A DNA stretch of 64,000 bases from Anaerolineales bacterium (lineage in GTDB: Bacteria > Chloroflexota > Anaerolineae > Anaerolineales > Villigracilaceae). The notes under the pieces were generated by a model, which did not search any database, was not told where the DNA came from, and saw only the letters and a program-made list of their open reading frames with translations. The stretch is taken from NCBI GenBank assembly GCA_016927315.1, contig JAFGMV010000064.1, positions 9,373-73,372 of the forward strand. Reading direction: 5' to 3'. Of the stretch, positions 39,088 through 49,742 are shown one piece after another (the first letter of the stretch is position 1; the number at the start of each line of letters is the position of its first letter). The position numbers and the translations under genes are program-made.

Positions 39088-39207
39088 TCAACCAGTACGT
39101 TATGTCGTTATGAGGCGTGGCCGCCTCACCGTTTTCCCGACCGCCTGGCAGCCTGTTCGAGGAGATTGCCACAGCGCTGCGGGTCTCAAAATGACACTGA
39201 TAATACT

Positions 39208-41112
39208 ATGTCCACGATAGACGAAGTCAAGTCCCGGATCGATATAGTTGACCTGGTTTCGGAGAGCGGTGTCAAGCTCCGCAAAGCAGGCAAGAACTAC
39301 ACCGGTTTCTGTCCGTTCCATGACAACCGGCGTACGCCCGCGTTCGTGGTCTGGCCGGAGACCGGCACCTGGCGCTGTTTCGGGCAGTGCAATGAGGGTG
39401 GCGATATCTTCAAATTTATCATGAAGCGCGACGGACTGGACTTCAAGGAGGCCTTGCAGAATCTGGCTGCCAAAGCCGGGGTGCAGGTTGAGCAGTTCAC
39501 TCTCCGGCAGCAGGAGCGCCGGGAGCAGAACGACCACCTGCGCGACCTCTTGGAAGAAGCTGTCCTGTATTATGCCGGATTCCTGAAGCAGGCCCCGGAA
39601 GTGCTGGCTTACCTGCACGAGAAACGCAGCCTGAGCGGCGAAACCATCGAGAAGTTCGGCCTGGGCTATGCGCCCCCCGGCTGGGATAACGCCCTCAAGC
39701 ATTTCACCGGGAGGGGATATTCGGAAGAGGATCTGCTGGACAGCGGTTTGTTGTCGCAGAACGATTCCGGCGGAACCTACGACCGCTTCCGCCGCCGTAT
39801 CATGATCCCCATCCGGGACGAACGCGGCCGCATGACCGGCTTCGGTGCCCGGATCGTCGATCCCGAGGATGTGCCCAAATTCCTGAACTCTCCCGAGACG
39901 CCCCTGTTCAGCAAGGGCCGCCTGCTGTACGGGCTCGAGCGGGCGCGCAAGCCAATCCGGGCTGCCGACCAGGCCGTCATCGTGGAAGGCTACCTGGATG
40001 TGATCGGTCTGCACCAGGCCGGTTTTGAAAATGCGGTCTCCCCGATGGGAACCGCCCTGACGGAAGATCAGTTCCGCCTGCTGAAGCGCTTCTCGCGCAA
40101 CATCGTCCTGGCCTTGGACCCCGACCTGGCTGGGGAGAAAGGCGTCCTGCGCGGCCTGGAGTCGGCCCGGCAGGCCATGGATCGGGACAGTGAACTGCGC
40201 TTCGATGTGCGCGGTTTACTGAGACACGAGGCCCGCTTACAGGCCAACCTGCGGGTGGCCTCCCTGCCCGACGGTCTCGACCCGGATGAGATCGTGGCGC
40301 GTGACCGGGAGGAATGGCCGCGGCTGGTTGAAGCCGCCAAGCCGGTCGTGATGCATGTGCTTGATACGTTGATGGCCGACAAGGACATCAGCGACCCCAG
40401 GGTTAAGGCTGGGATCGCTAGCCAGGTGATTCCCTTGATCGAAGACCTGCCCAATCCGATCGAGCGGGATTCCTACCGGCAGATGCTGGCCCGACGGTTA
40501 AAGGTGGATGAACGCACCCTGCTTGAGCCGCAGGTTCACGGCAGGCCTGGCCGGCAGCCGCGCCGCAGGAAAGAGCAGGTACAAACCTTGTCCGAGGTCC
40601 CGACGGCGGCAGTTAATCCGGCCCTCAAGACTGAATGTTACTGCCTGGGGATCTTGCTGCAACGTCCGGAACTGCTGAACCAGCTGGATCGTCTGCTCCA
40701 GCAGGCGGGCCTGACGCCCATCGAAAACCAGGATTTCGGGTATACTGACCATCAGATACTGTTGCAAATCATCCGGCAGTCGCTGGACCAGGACAAGGTA
40801 GACCCCCGTGAATTTATCGATATCCAGGCAGCGAATTCCCTGCAGGAACTGGTCCATGATTTGCGAGCGCAGACCAGTGAACCAGATCCGGTCGAAGAAC
40901 GTATCCTGGAGGAACTACAGCGAGGAATAATCAAGATGCGACGTCTGAACCTGGGTGCGAATATCAACCAGCTTCGCTTTTTACAGGAAGAAGCCCAGCA
41001 AGACGGGGATATGCGCACCACCTCTTACCAGGAACTGGTGTTACAGCATACACATTTGTTGCGAGATTTGGATCAGGCCAGTTTGAAATTGTCCTTACGC
41101 CGACAAGAATAG
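39208..41112 (+). CDS. dnaG: DNA primase
   Basis: Zinc-binding [26 protein letters not shown]-type motif, TOPRIM block [11 protein letters not shown], and LDPDLAG. I prefer the ATG at 39208 ([17 protein letters not shown]) over the track start at 39037. Confidence 0.92.
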   Translation: MSTIDEVKSRIDIVDLVSESGVKLRKAGKNYTGFCPFHDNRRTPAFVVWPETGTWRCFGQCNEGGDIFKFIMKRDGLDFKEALQNLAAKAGVQVEQFTLRQQERREQNDHLRDLLEEAVLYYAGFLKQAPEVLAYLHEKRSLSGETIEKFGLGYAPPGWDNALKHFTGRGYSEEDLLDSGLLSQNDSGGTYDRFRRRIMIPIRDERGRMTGFGARIVDPEDVPKFLNSPETPLFSKGRLLYGLERARKPIRAADQAVIVEGYLDVIGLHQAGFENAVSPMGTALTEDQFRLLKRFSRNIVLALDPDLAGEKGVLRGLESARQAMDRDSELRFDVRGLLRHEARLQANLRVASLPDGLDPDEIVARDREEWPRLVEAAKPVVMHVLDTLMADKDISDPRVKAGIASQVIPLIEDLPNPIERDSYRQMLARRLKVDERTLLEPQVHGRPGRQPRRRKEQVQTLSEVPTAAVNPALKTECYCLGILLQRPELLNQLDRLLQQAGLTPIENQDFGYTDHQILLQIIRQSLDQDKVDPREFIDIQAANSLQELVHDLRAQTSEPDPVEERILEELQRGIIKMRRLNLGANINQLRFLQEEAQQDGDMRTTSYQELVLQHTHLLRDLDQASLKLSLRRQE

Positions 41113-41116
41113 AGAC

Positions 41117-42712
41117 ATGCCTCGAAAAGCTACTTCAAAAACAACACGTCAGGCCCCGAAGAAAGTCGAAAAACTGGTTTCTTCTGAACTTCCAGAAGAT
41201 GAAATGGACGAACTGGTTATCGATGATGAGGTTGAAAGGGATACGTCTTTAGACGACCTCAACGGTGTCGTCGAGCCGGATGGTGAAAGCCTGGCAGAAG
41301 AAGAGATCGATGATGAGCCGCTCGACCTGAGCAATCCAAAGATTGCGGCCGAGTTATCGGAAGACCCGGTGCGGCTGTATTTGCGCGAAATTGGCCAGGT
41401 AAAATTGTTGAGCGCCGACAGCGAGTTTCGTTTGGCAACCATCATTGATGCTGAACGACTGGTCAGCGCCTTCAAGAGCCAGCCGAGAAGGAAAGGGGTC
41501 TCTACTGTCAAGGCTATTTACCTGGCGGTGCTCAAGGAGATGGTGACTGCCTGGGGCCGCCTGGCTGAAGACGCCAGACGCATGGACACATCACTGCCCG
41601 ATCTGGCCTTGATCCTGGCAGAAGCCCAGGAACTGCATCTTGGTTGGGAAATTAATGCACCTTCCTACCTGCGTTCTTACCTGAATACCGATCTGTGGGG
41701 CAAAGACCAGATGTGGGAAGAACTGGTGCGAAATGCCTACAGCGTTTTTATTTGCCTTTACCTGTTGCCGCCTGACTATGCTGGCTGGCTGCTGGAGAAT
41801 GTCAGGCAGAAAGGAAACTTCCCGGTTCTGCGTACCTTGAACCGGAATATTCCTCAGGACAAGCAGTTGAAAACCGAGCTGGATGCGGTTTCCCTGCGGG
41901 CGGAAGATGCCGATCATGCTATCATCCGGGCGAACCTGCGTCTGGTTGTCAGTGTGGCCAAGCGTTACCTTGGACGGGGCATCTCCTTCCTGGATTTGAT
42001 CCAGGAAGGAAACCTGGGACTGCTGCGTGCGGTCAATAAATTCGATCCGCGGCGTGGATTTAAGTTCAGTACTTATGCCACCTGGTGGATCCGCCAATCG
42101 ATTAATCGCTCGATTGCCGAGCAGGCGCGTACGATCCGCATCCCGGTGCACTTGTTCGAGTCAATCACCAGGATCCTCCGCATTCAGCGGCAGTTGACCC
42201 AGAAACTTGGGCGGGAGCCAACTCTTGAGGAACTGGCGCTTGAAGTCGGCTATATGCAGCCCCTGGATGTGAAAGCGATCTTGACGGCCAGGAAGGATGA
42301 CAAGCCCCTGGACCCGGACCTGCAGCGTCGCTGGGATTTTGCTACACAAAAGGTGAACCGTATCCTGCGTTCGGCCGAGGAGCCGGTCTCTTTGGAAGGC
42401 CCGGTTGGTGATGAAGATTCAAGTCAGTTAGGTGATTTCATTGAAGATGCCGACGCCCTGGAGCCGATGGACGCCGCCGCACGTGAGATGCTGCGCGAAC
42501 AGGTGCAGCATGCCTTGGCAGCTCTTTCTGAGCGGGAACGCCAGGTGCTAGAACTGCGCTTTGGGCTGATTGATGGCAAGGATCATACCCTGGAAGAAGT
42601 AAGCCGCTATTTCAATGTGACTCGTGAACGTATTCGCCAGATAGAGGCCAAGGCGCTGCGCAAACTGCGCCACCCAACCCGAAGCCGGCATTTACGCGAC
42701 TATTTAAGCTGA
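41117..42712 (+). CDS. rpoD: RNA polymerase primary sigma factor (sigma-70 family) with an acidic N-terminal extension
   Basis: Region 2 reads [55 protein letters not shown]. Region 4 reads [28 protein letters not shown]. Confidence 0.93.
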   Translation: MPRKATSKTTRQAPKKVEKLVSSELPEDEMDELVIDDEVERDTSLDDLNGVVEPDGESLAEEEIDDEPLDLSNPKIAAELSEDPVRLYLREIGQVKLLSADSEFRLATIIDAERLVSAFKSQPRRKGVSTVKAIYLAVLKEMVTAWGRLAEDARRMDTSLPDLALILAEAQELHLGWEINAPSYLRSYLNTDLWGKDQMWEELVRNAYSVFICLYLLPPDYAGWLLENVRQKGNFPVLRTLNRNIPQDKQLKTELDAVSLRAEDADHAIIRANLRLVVSVAKRYLGRGISFLDLIQEGNLGLLRAVNKFDPRRGFKFSTYATWWIRQSINRSIAEQARTIRIPVHLFESITRILRIQRQLTQKLGREPTLEELALEVGYMQPLDVKAILTARKDDKPLDPDLQRRWDFATQKVNRILRSAEEPVSLEGPVGDEDSSQLGDFIEDADALEPMDAAAREMLREQVQHALAALSERERQVLELRFGLIDGKDHTLEEVSRYFNVTRERIRQIEAKALRKLRHPTRSRHLRDYLS

Positions 42713-42744
42713 GTCAGCGCCGGATTGGGAAGGGCACGTGTGCA

Positions 42745-42795
42745 GAAGCGAAGGATGCAAAGTAAATCTTTGCGGCTTCGCTTCACTTTTACTTT
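42745..42795 (+). terminator. rho-independent terminator after rpoD
   Basis: GAAGCGAAG...CTTCGCTTC outer stem with an inner GCAAAG/CTTTGC stem, followed by ACTTTTACTTT. Confidence 0.65.
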
Positions 42796-42863
42796 ACGAT
42801 GGAAGCGAGAACCTTAATTAAGGATAAGAATACTCTGCTTTGCTCGTGTAATACCGCACGGTA

Positions 42864-42889
42864 TGTTATACTTGTGAATAATAAGACAA
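42864..42889 (+). promoter_or_regulatory. Candidate extended -10 promoter overlapped by a Rex-like operator half-site upstream of nuoA
   Basis: TGTTATACT at 42864-42872 fits TGnTATAAT. TTGTGAA-taat-AAGACAA at 42872-42889 compares with the Rex consensus TTGTGAA-N4-TTCACAA: the left half is perfect and the right half matches 4/7. Confidence 0.3.
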
Positions 42890-42940
42890 ACATTATCTTA
42901 TTTTTATTTACTAGACGTTTATTTCGGGTACGAGGATACA

Positions 42941-43297
42941 ATGTTGTTTGACTACATGGCCATTGCTGTATTTGTGTTTTTTTCGACAGCCATCGCTGTG
43001 ACCGCGATACTCCTGGGGGGACTGTTTGGACCGCGTCGGAAGTCAGAAGTCAAATCGGAACCATATGAGTCAGGGATGATTCCGATTGGTCCGGGAACCC
43101 GCCGGATGCCGGTTCGTTTTTACCTGGTGGCGGTGCTCTTTATTCTGTTTGATATTGAAGTCGTTTTCTTCCTGCCCTGGGCGGTCAGCTTCCGTAAATT
43201 GGGCTTGTTTGGTTTGATCGAAATGTTTATCTTTATTGGTATTCTGCTGGTTGGTTATTTTTATGCCTGGAAAAAAGGAGCTCTCGAATGGGAGTAG
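42941..43297 (+). CDS. nuoA: NADH-quinone oxidoreductase subunit A
   Basis: 118 aa, 3 TM segments, EPYESGM motif. First gene of the nuo cluster. Confidence 0.92.
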   Translation: MLFDYMAIAVFVFFSTAIAVTAILLGGLFGPRRKSEVKSEPYESGMIPIGPGTRRMPVRFYLVAVLFILFDIEVVFFLPWAVSFRKLGLFGLIEMFIFIGILLVGYFYAWKKGALEWE

Positions 43298-43770
43298 AAC
43301 AGAAGCTTGGGAACATGGGCGTCGTTACCGCCAAGCTGGAAGATATGGTGAATTGGGCGCGGACACGCGCCATGTGGCCGATGCTTTTCGGGCTGGCTTG
43401 CTGTGCGATTGAGATGATGTCGGCCCAGGCGGCACATTATGATATGAGCCGCTTCGGGATGGAGTTAATGCGCCCCAGCCCGCGCCAGTCTGATCTGATG
43501 ATCGTGGCTGGCCGGGTATCTCGCAAGATGGCTCCGGTGCTGCGCCGCTTATATGACCAGATGCCGGAACCGAAGTGGGTTATCTCAATGGGCGACTGCG
43601 CCTCCTGTGGTGGTGTATTCAACAATTACGCGATTGTCCAGGGCGTGGATGAGGTGGTCCCGGTGGATGTCTACGTGGCGGGCTGCCCCCCGCGTCCGGA
43701 AGCCCTCATTCATGGGATTGTTACCCTATATGAAAAGGTGCAGTCGGAGACAATGAAGGATCATGCCTGA
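43288..43770 (+). CDS. nuoB: NADH-quinone oxidoreductase subunit B
   Basis: N2 cluster cysteines are present: [25 protein letters not shown]. Confidence 0.95.
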   Translation: MGVEQKLGNMGVVTAKLEDMVNWARTRAMWPMLFGLACCAIEMMSAQAAHYDMSRFGMELMRPSPRQSDLMIVAGRVSRKMAPVLRRLYDQMPEPKWVISMGDCASCGGVFNNYAIVQGVDEVVPVDVYVAGCPPRPEALIHGIVTLYEKVQSETMKDHA

Positions 43771-43781
43771 TAGGAAGCGGT

Positions 43782-44294
43782 ATGGAGAAGAACTTATTGC
43801 GAGTGACCCAGGCCCTGGGAAAAAAGTTTGAAGCCCGCTTTGTAGAACATCGTGGCGAATCTCAGGTTCATATCCGCCCGGAGCAAATTACCGGGGTGGC
43901 AGCTTTCCTGCGTGATAAACAGAAATTTGAACTGCTTTCGACGATCACGGCGGTCGATTATTGGCCGGCAGTGGAGCCGCGTTTCCACCTGGTATATCAA
44001 TTTACCTCTCTGGAAAAGAACCTGGTGATCTCGATCCGGGCGCCGTTGTCTGGGGATAATCCAAAAATCCAGACCGTGACCGGATTGTATGCCTGTGCAA
44101 ACTGGCGTGAGCGAGAGATCTGGGATATGTTTGGAATCAAATTTGAACGACATCCGGACCTGCGCCGGATCATCATGCCGCAGGACTGGGATGGTCACCC
44201 GCTGCGCAAGGATTATCCGCTTGGTTACGAAGAACCACAATTCAGCTTCAATTTTGAGGAAATTGGCCGGCGCAAGCCGTATGCCAGGGATTGA
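43782..44294 (+). CDS. nuoC: NADH-quinone oxidoreductase subunit C
   Basis: Motif WREREIWDMFGIKFERHPDLRRI...HPLRKDYP. 170 aa, not fused to NuoD. Confidence 0.93.
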   Translation: MEKNLLRVTQALGKKFEARFVEHRGESQVHIRPEQITGVAAFLRDKQKFELLSTITAVDYWPAVEPRFHLVYQFTSLEKNLVISIRAPLSGDNPKIQTVTGLYACANWREREIWDMFGIKFERHPDLRRIIMPQDWDGHPLRKDYPLGYEEPQFSFNFEEIGRRKPYARD

Positions 44295-44306
44295 GCGGAG
44301 CAGTGT

Positions 44307-45542
44307 ATGAGTAGCTATACCTTGCAGGAAGTCAGCCTGGATGAACTAAAGCACCTGGTCTCTGACCGGGCCCTCAAGGGAGATACCATGCTGCTCAACA
44401 TGGGTCCTCAGCATCCCTCCACACACGGGGTGCTGCGACTGTTGTTGGAACTGGATGGTGAAACGGTCATCAATGTTATTCCGGATATTGGTTACCTGCA
44501 TACAGGTATTGAAAAGAATATGGAGGCCAAGACCTATCAGAAGGCCGAAGTGATGACCGACCGGCTGGATTACATGAATAATATGGGCAACAACCTGGCC
44601 TATGTGATGGCGATTGAAAAGCTGGTTGCACTGGATGTGCCGCCCCGGGCTCAGGCTTTGCGAGTGATCCTGGTCGAACTACAGCGAGTGGCTTCTCACC
44701 TGGTCTGGCTGGGCACTGCTGCCCTGGACCTGGCGGCCATGTCAACTTTTCTATACTGTTTCCGGGAGCGTGAACTGATCCTGGATATTTTTGAATTAGT
44801 CTCTGGCCAGCGAATGATGACAACCTACTTCCGGCCTGGCGGCGTCTGGCGGGATGTACCGGTCGAGTTTGAGAAAGCCGTACGAGATTTCCTGAAACTG
44901 ATGCCAAAGCGCCTGGATGAATACGAGTCAATGCTGACCAAAAACCCACTTTTTCTGGATCGGGTGGTTGGTATTGGCAAATTGACAGCTGAGCAGGCCC
45001 TGCAGTATGGTGTCACCGGATCGAACCTCAGGGCTTCAGGAGTCGATTGGGATCTGCGCAAGAAACGCCCCTATACGGGTTACGAGCAGTACGATTTCGA
45101 TGTACCGGTGTTGACCGAAGGGGATGTCTTTGCCCGTTATTACATCCGTATTCTGGAACTACGCGAAACGCTCGGAATCATTGAGCAGGCCCTGGACAAG
45201 CTGCCATACGGCCCGGTATGCAGTGACAACCGGAAATACGTACCGCCGCCGCGCGCAGAGATCGGTGTCAGCATGGAAGCCCTGATCCATCACTTCAAAT
45301 TGTGGACAGAAGGCTTCGATGCACCCAAAGGCGCTGTATACAGTCCTGTTGAATCTCCACGCGGCGAGTTGGGCGTCTATCTTGAAAGCGATGGCGGGCC
45401 GAAACCTTACCGGGTTCACTGGCGGACACCTTCCTGGGATAACCTGCAGGTGCTTCCGGTTCTGGCGAAAGGTCACCTGGTTGCCGATCTGGTAGCCATC
45501 ATTGGCAGTATCGACATCGTACTGGGAGACATCGACCGGTGA
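44307..45542 (+). CDS. nuoD: NADH-quinone oxidoreductase subunit D
   Basis: Motifs LNMGPQHPSTHGVLRL and C-terminal DIVLGDIDR. Confidence 0.95.
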   Translation: MSSYTLQEVSLDELKHLVSDRALKGDTMLLNMGPQHPSTHGVLRLLLELDGETVINVIPDIGYLHTGIEKNMEAKTYQKAEVMTDRLDYMNNMGNNLAYVMAIEKLVALDVPPRAQALRVILVELQRVASHLVWLGTAALDLAAMSTFLYCFRERELILDIFELVSGQRMMTTYFRPGGVWRDVPVEFEKAVRDFLKLMPKRLDEYESMLTKNPLFLDRVVGIGKLTAEQALQYGVTGSNLRASGVDWDLRKKRPYTGYEQYDFDVPVLTEGDVFARYYIRILELRETLGIIEQALDKLPYGPVCSDNRKYVPPPRAEIGVSMEALIHHFKLWTEGFDAPKGAVYSPVESPRGELGVYLESDGGPKPYRVHWRTPSWDNLQVLPVLAKGHLVADLVAIIGSIDIVLGDIDR

Positions 45543-46036
45543 CACTGATAGAGAAATATCCCCAAGAAGTCAAACAGATCCTGGCGAGATATCCGCAGGA
45601 CCAGAAGCGCTCGGCGGTTATGCCGCTCCTGTATCTGGCCCAGCGTGAGAATGGGTTTGTGCACCGCCGTGATATGAAAGATATCGGAGCCATGCTCGAT
45701 ATTACAGAGACAGATGTCGCTTCGCTGGTCGGTTTTTATTCGTTGTATCATGATGAACCGGCTGGCAGGCTGCGTATTCAGGTGTGTACTGATTTGTCTT
45801 GTGCACTGCGCGGCGCCGATGATTTTTTAGCCGCCTTGTGTGAAAGTCTGGGTGTTGAACCCGGTGGTACGACGCCTGACGGCCTGGTTACGGTTGAACC
45901 GGTTATGTGCCTGGCAGCCTGTGATAAAGCGCCGCTGTTCCAGGTACAGACCGGGGCTGGTCTGGAATACCATGAAAGGATGACCATCGAAAAGACTCTG
46001 GAATGGATCGAGTCCAGGAAGGAGGCCGCTTCATGA
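45539..46036 (+). CDS. nuoE: NADH-quinone oxidoreductase subunit E
   Basis: 2Fe-2S thioredoxin-like motifs CTDLSCALRG and CLAACDKAP. GTG start overlaps the nuoD stop (GTGA). Confidence 0.92.
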   Translation: MTLIEKYPQEVKQILARYPQDQKRSAVMPLLYLAQRENGFVHRRDMKDIGAMLDITETDVASLVGFYSLYHDEPAGRLRIQVCTDLSCALRGADDFLAALCESLGVEPGGTTPDGLVTVEPVMCLAACDKAPLFQVQTGAGLEYHERMTIEKTLEWIESRKEAAS

Positions 46037-47289
46037 CGCATATCCTCCTGCGGCACCGTGATATTCCTGATCTCGATAAGCTGGCAGTGTATGAAAAACA
46101 AGGTGGTTTTAAGGCCCTGAAAAAGGTTGTGACGGGTATGCGGCCGGAAGCGGTTACACAGCTTGTCATGGACTCTGGCCTGCGCGGCCGCGGTGGGGCT
46201 GGTTTCCCGACCGGGCGAAAGTGGATGTTTGTCGACAAGAACAACTGGCCGCACTATGTGGTGGTCAATGCCGACGAGTCCGAACCCGGAACTTTCAAAG
46301 ACCGCGAGATTCTGGAAAGCAACCCGCTCCAATTCCTGGAAGGGGTTGCCATTGCGGCCTTTGCTGTGGAAGCTCACACAGCCTATATTTACCTGCGAGG
46401 AGAATTCTGGCCGATTGCCGCCGAACTGGATAAACGCATCGCGGCCATGGAAAAAGCCGGCTATCTTGGAAAAAGGGTGTTCGGTACCGATTACACTCTG
46501 AAGGTACACACTCATTTGGGTGCCGGGGCATATATTTGTGGGGAAGAAACGGCCTTGCTGGAATCGCTGGAAGGCAAACGCGGACAGCCTCGCATACGCC
46601 CTCCCTTCCCCCCTGTGTCTGGTCTGTATGGGAAGCCGACTGTGGTGAATAATGTTGAAACCCTGACCAATCTTCCCCCGATCATCAACAATGGGGCTGA
46701 TTGGTATAAGTCACTGGGGACTGCAGATACGGTGGGAGTCAAGATTTTCTGCCTGTCGGGCAGGGTCAGAAAACCGGGCAACTATGAACTGCCTTTTGGA
46801 ATAACTTTTCGTGAGTTGATCTATGAACACGGCGGCGGCATCATTGATGGTGTGCCTATTAAAGCCATTATGGCGGCCGGGGCATCTTCGGCGCTGATCC
46901 TGGCCGATGACCAGACCCTCGATACTCCACTTGATTATGGATCTGTCCACAGACTGGGAGCTGAACTGGGTTCTGCTTCGGTCATCGTGCTGGATGAAAC
47001 CGTCAGGTTGGATTGGTTGATTGATAAAACCATGACGTTCTTCAAACATGAATCTTGCGGTAAATGTACTCCCTGCCGGGATGGCAGTTTCTGGATGAAG
47101 CACCTGACTGAACGTATCCGAGATGGGAATGGTTCCGCTGAAGATGTAAAACTGCTTGATAGCGTCGCCAGACAGATGCAGGGCAAATGCCTGTGTGCAT
47201 TGGGTGAATTCTCTACCCAGGCGGTTGTCTCCAGTATTGAGAAGTTCCCGGGTGATTTTGGGATCAAGCGGAAGGTGAGTGCATCGTGA
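46033..47289 (+). CDS. nuoF: NADH-quinone oxidoreductase subunit F
   Basis: FMN/NADH motifs GLRGRGGAGFPTG and GAGAYICGEETALLESLEG, and 4Fe-4S motif ESCGKCTPCR. ATG 46033 overlaps the nuoE stop (ATGA). Confidence 0.95.
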   Translation: MTHILLRHRDIPDLDKLAVYEKQGGFKALKKVVTGMRPEAVTQLVMDSGLRGRGGAGFPTGRKWMFVDKNNWPHYVVVNADESEPGTFKDREILESNPLQFLEGVAIAAFAVEAHTAYIYLRGEFWPIAAELDKRIAAMEKAGYLGKRVFGTDYTLKVHTHLGAGAYICGEETALLESLEGKRGQPRIRPPFPPVSGLYGKPTVVNNVETLTNLPPIINNGADWYKSLGTADTVGVKIFCLSGRVRKPGNYELPFGITFRELIYEHGGGIIDGVPIKAIMAAGASSALILADDQTLDTPLDYGSVHRLGAELGSASVIVLDETVRLDWLIDKTMTFFKHESCGKCTPCRDGSFWMKHLTERIRDGNGSAEDVKLLDSVARQMQGKCLCALGEFSTQAVVSSIEKFPGDFGIKRKVSAS

Positions 47290-49742
47290 CAGACAGGGTT
47301 ACGCTCACCATTGACGGGAAGCAGGTTACTGTGCCGGCGGGTATGCTGGTTGTCGATGCTGCAAAAAAAGTAGCTGTTCATATCCCTATCTTTTGCTATC
47401 ATCCCAAGTTGGGTTCTGCAGCCATGTGCCGCCAGTGTCTGGTAGAGGTGGGACGTCCGATCATCGACCATGCAACCGGACATCCCGAACTGGAGGATGG
47501 GTTTCCCAGGATACAGTTCAGTGCAAAGTTGGAGACTGCCTGTACCACGCTGGTTTCTGAAGGTATGGTCGTGCTGACCCAGTCAGAGAGAGCTAGAAAA
47601 GGCCAGAAAGAGGTTCTTGAATTTCTCCTGACCTCACATCCCCTCGATTGCCCAATTTGTGATAAGGGGGGGGAATGCCCGCTCCAGAACCTGACCATGG
47701 CTCACGGGCCCGGGAAAAGCCGCTTCCTCTTTGACGAGAAACATCATGCTGAGAAGCAAGTGCCGCTGGGAGAATTGATATTCCTGGACCGGGAACGTTG
47801 TATCCAATGTGGGCGCTGTGTGCGTTTTCAGGAGAATGTTGCAGGTGAGCCGGTGATCGGGTTTTACCAACGCGGACGTTCTATGGATATCGTTTCTTTT
47901 TCAGAACCCGGGTTTGATTCTGTTTTCTCTGGTAATACAACTGATATCTGCCCGGTTGGGGCTTTGACCACAGCAGACTTCCGCTTTGGGGCGCGTCCCT
48001 GGGAATTAATGGCCGCGGCTTCAATTTGTTCGCAGTGCGCGGTTGGCTGCAATACAACCCTGAACACCCGTCGTGAAGCCCGGAGCGACGGCCAGATTGT
48101 GGTCAAACGGGTAATGCCCCGCCAGAACGAGCAGGTCAACGAATTGTGGATTTGCGATAAAGGACGTTTTGCCGGGTATCACTATACGGAGAGGGACGAT
48201 CGCCTGCTTAAACCACAGGTCCGTAGGGACGACAAGTTTCGTTCTGTATCCTGGGATGCGGCTTTTCTCCAGGCTGCGGAAAAACTGCAGGATGCGGAGA
48301 AACCGGTTTTCCTGGTTTCGGGACGTCTTTCCAATGAAGATTTATTCAATTTATTGCAACTGGCAGATGGTTTGGGTGCGGAAACCCTGTTGTATACAAA
48401 CATGGGTGGCGGCGACCTGACGGGAATGGTGGGACTGACTTCCGGGAGCAATCTGGCTGATCTGGGTCTTGGAGACGTCATTCTGGTGGTCGCATCTGAT
48501 TTGCAGGAGGAAGCGCCGCTCTGGTGGCTGCGTATCAAACAGGCTGCTGAACGAGGCGCCATGTTGATTGTCGTAAATCCCCGGGAAACGAAACTGGAGA
48601 AACATGCCGATTACGTGGTGCGTTATGCTTATGGGGATGAAATTAAAACCATTCAGGACATGAACAAGGCAACGCACAAGATTCATAAGGTCTTTGCCAA
48701 AGCTGCCAATGCAGTGATCTTCTATGGCAGTGAAGGGCTTGGCCTGGAAGGCTCCTCCGGCTTGGCTGGCGCCTGCACCAGCCTGCTGGTCGATACCGGG
48801 CATTATGCCAGGCCTAATAATGGGCTTGTCGGTGTCTGGCAGCGAGCCAATGATCAGGGTGCCTGGGAATTGGGTTTTCGCCCGGTTAAGGATTTACAGG
48901 TTATTTTCGATAAATCAGAGGTTGTGTATATCGTTGGCGCTGACCCGGTTGGGGATGGTGCTGTCAGGCTTAAGAAACGCAAGCCCTTCATGATTGTACA
49001 GGAACTCCTCTCGACCGACACGGTTGGGCATGCAGACCTGGTCTTGCCAGCCCGGGCGTTTACGGAGCGGGAGGGTACTTACACATCGGGGGAGCGGCGC
49101 GTACAGCGTTTTTACCAGGCAGTTCCACCTCGAGGCGAATCCCGTCCTGATTATGAAATTGTGGCAGAGATTGCTGCCAGGTTGGATACGGCCCTTGAAA
49201 GGGAACCTGGACTGGTGATGGACCAGCTTGCAGAACACATACCTGCCTTTGGCGGTATATCTTACCTGAAGGTTTCTGAGGTCGTAGAACAATGGCCGGT
49301 CATCAACCGCTCGGAACTATTCTATGGCGGCGCTGTTTATGAGAACACGCAGGGACTGGGTATGCAGTTGAGACCTGCCCCGGTTACCTCGTTTCCTGTA
49401 TCAAAGGGGAAAGGGGGGCTGCGTCCCAAGGAAGGTCTGTTGTTGGCCGTTCCTGTCAATAAGCTGTATGACCAGGGGCTCACAGTTTTATCGGCTCCAT
49501 TGCTGCGTGAACGGATTGGTGAGCTAAAGGTCTGCATGAATCCTGATGAAGCCGACAGGTTGGGCTTTGAAAATGGAGCCAGACTAAGGATTGGTTTGAA
49601 TGGAAACAATGCAAAAGCCCTGCTTGTTGTTGATCCAACCGTTCCATCAGGGATCCTGCTGGTGCCGCGCAGTATGGGGTTGCCAATCTTTGAGGCTGGA
49701 ATGCCGGTGCTCAGCAAAGTCAGGAAGAAGGTAACGGGATGA
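47286..49742 (+). CDS. nuoG: NADH-quinone oxidoreductase subunit G
   Basis: N-terminal 2Fe-2S CYHPKLGSAAMCRQC, then HPLDCPICDKGGECPLQ and CIQCGRCVRF, plus a molybdopterin-like C-terminal domain. 818 aa. Confidence 0.93.
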   Translation: MTDRVTLTIDGKQVTVPAGMLVVDAAKKVAVHIPIFCYHPKLGSAAMCRQCLVEVGRPIIDHATGHPELEDGFPRIQFSAKLETACTTLVSEGMVVLTQSERARKGQKEVLEFLLTSHPLDCPICDKGGECPLQNLTMAHGPGKSRFLFDEKHHAEKQVPLGELIFLDRERCIQCGRCVRFQENVAGEPVIGFYQRGRSMDIVSFSEPGFDSVFSGNTTDICPVGALTTADFRFGARPWELMAAASICSQCAVGCNTTLNTRREARSDGQIVVKRVMPRQNEQVNELWICDKGRFAGYHYTERDDRLLKPQVRRDDKFRSVSWDAAFLQAAEKLQDAEKPVFLVSGRLSNEDLFNLLQLADGLGAETLLYTNMGGGDLTGMVGLTSGSNLADLGLGDVILVVASDLQEEAPLWWLRIKQAAERGAMLIVVNPRETKLEKHADYVVRYAYGDEIKTIQDMNKATHKIHKVFAKAANAVIFYGSEGLGLEGSSGLAGACTSLLVDTGHYARPNNGLVGVWQRANDQGAWELGFRPVKDLQVIFDKSEVVYIVGADPVGDGAVRLKKRKPFMIVQELLSTDTVGHADLVLPARAFTEREGTYTSGERRVQRFYQAVPPRGESRPDYEIVAEIAARLDTALEREPGLVMDQLAEHIPAFGGISYLKVSEVVEQWPVINRSELFYGGAVYENTQGLGMQLRPAPVTSFPVSKGKGGLRPKEGLLLAVPVNKLYDQGLTVLSAPLLRERIGELKVCMNPDEADRLGFENGARLRIGLNGNNAKALLVVDPTVPSGILLVPRSMGLPIFEAGMPVLSKVRKKVTG

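Noticed and set aside
34990-40014. Long antisense ORFs inside glyQS, the thioredoxin gene and dnaG (34990..35691, 35714..36091, 36307..36702, 38029..38742, 39100..40014)
   Set aside because: Each lies fully opposite a gene with strong family motifs. Their translations are Arg/Pro/Gly/Ser-rich with no motifs, which is the usual open antisense frame seen in GC-rich coding DNA.
45778-47483. Antisense ORFs within nuoE/nuoF/nuoG (45778..46515, 46711..47103, 46935..47483) and similar ones in nuoL-N (56192..56854 and others)
   Set aside because: Same reasoning. The sense-strand Nuo subunits are unambiguous.
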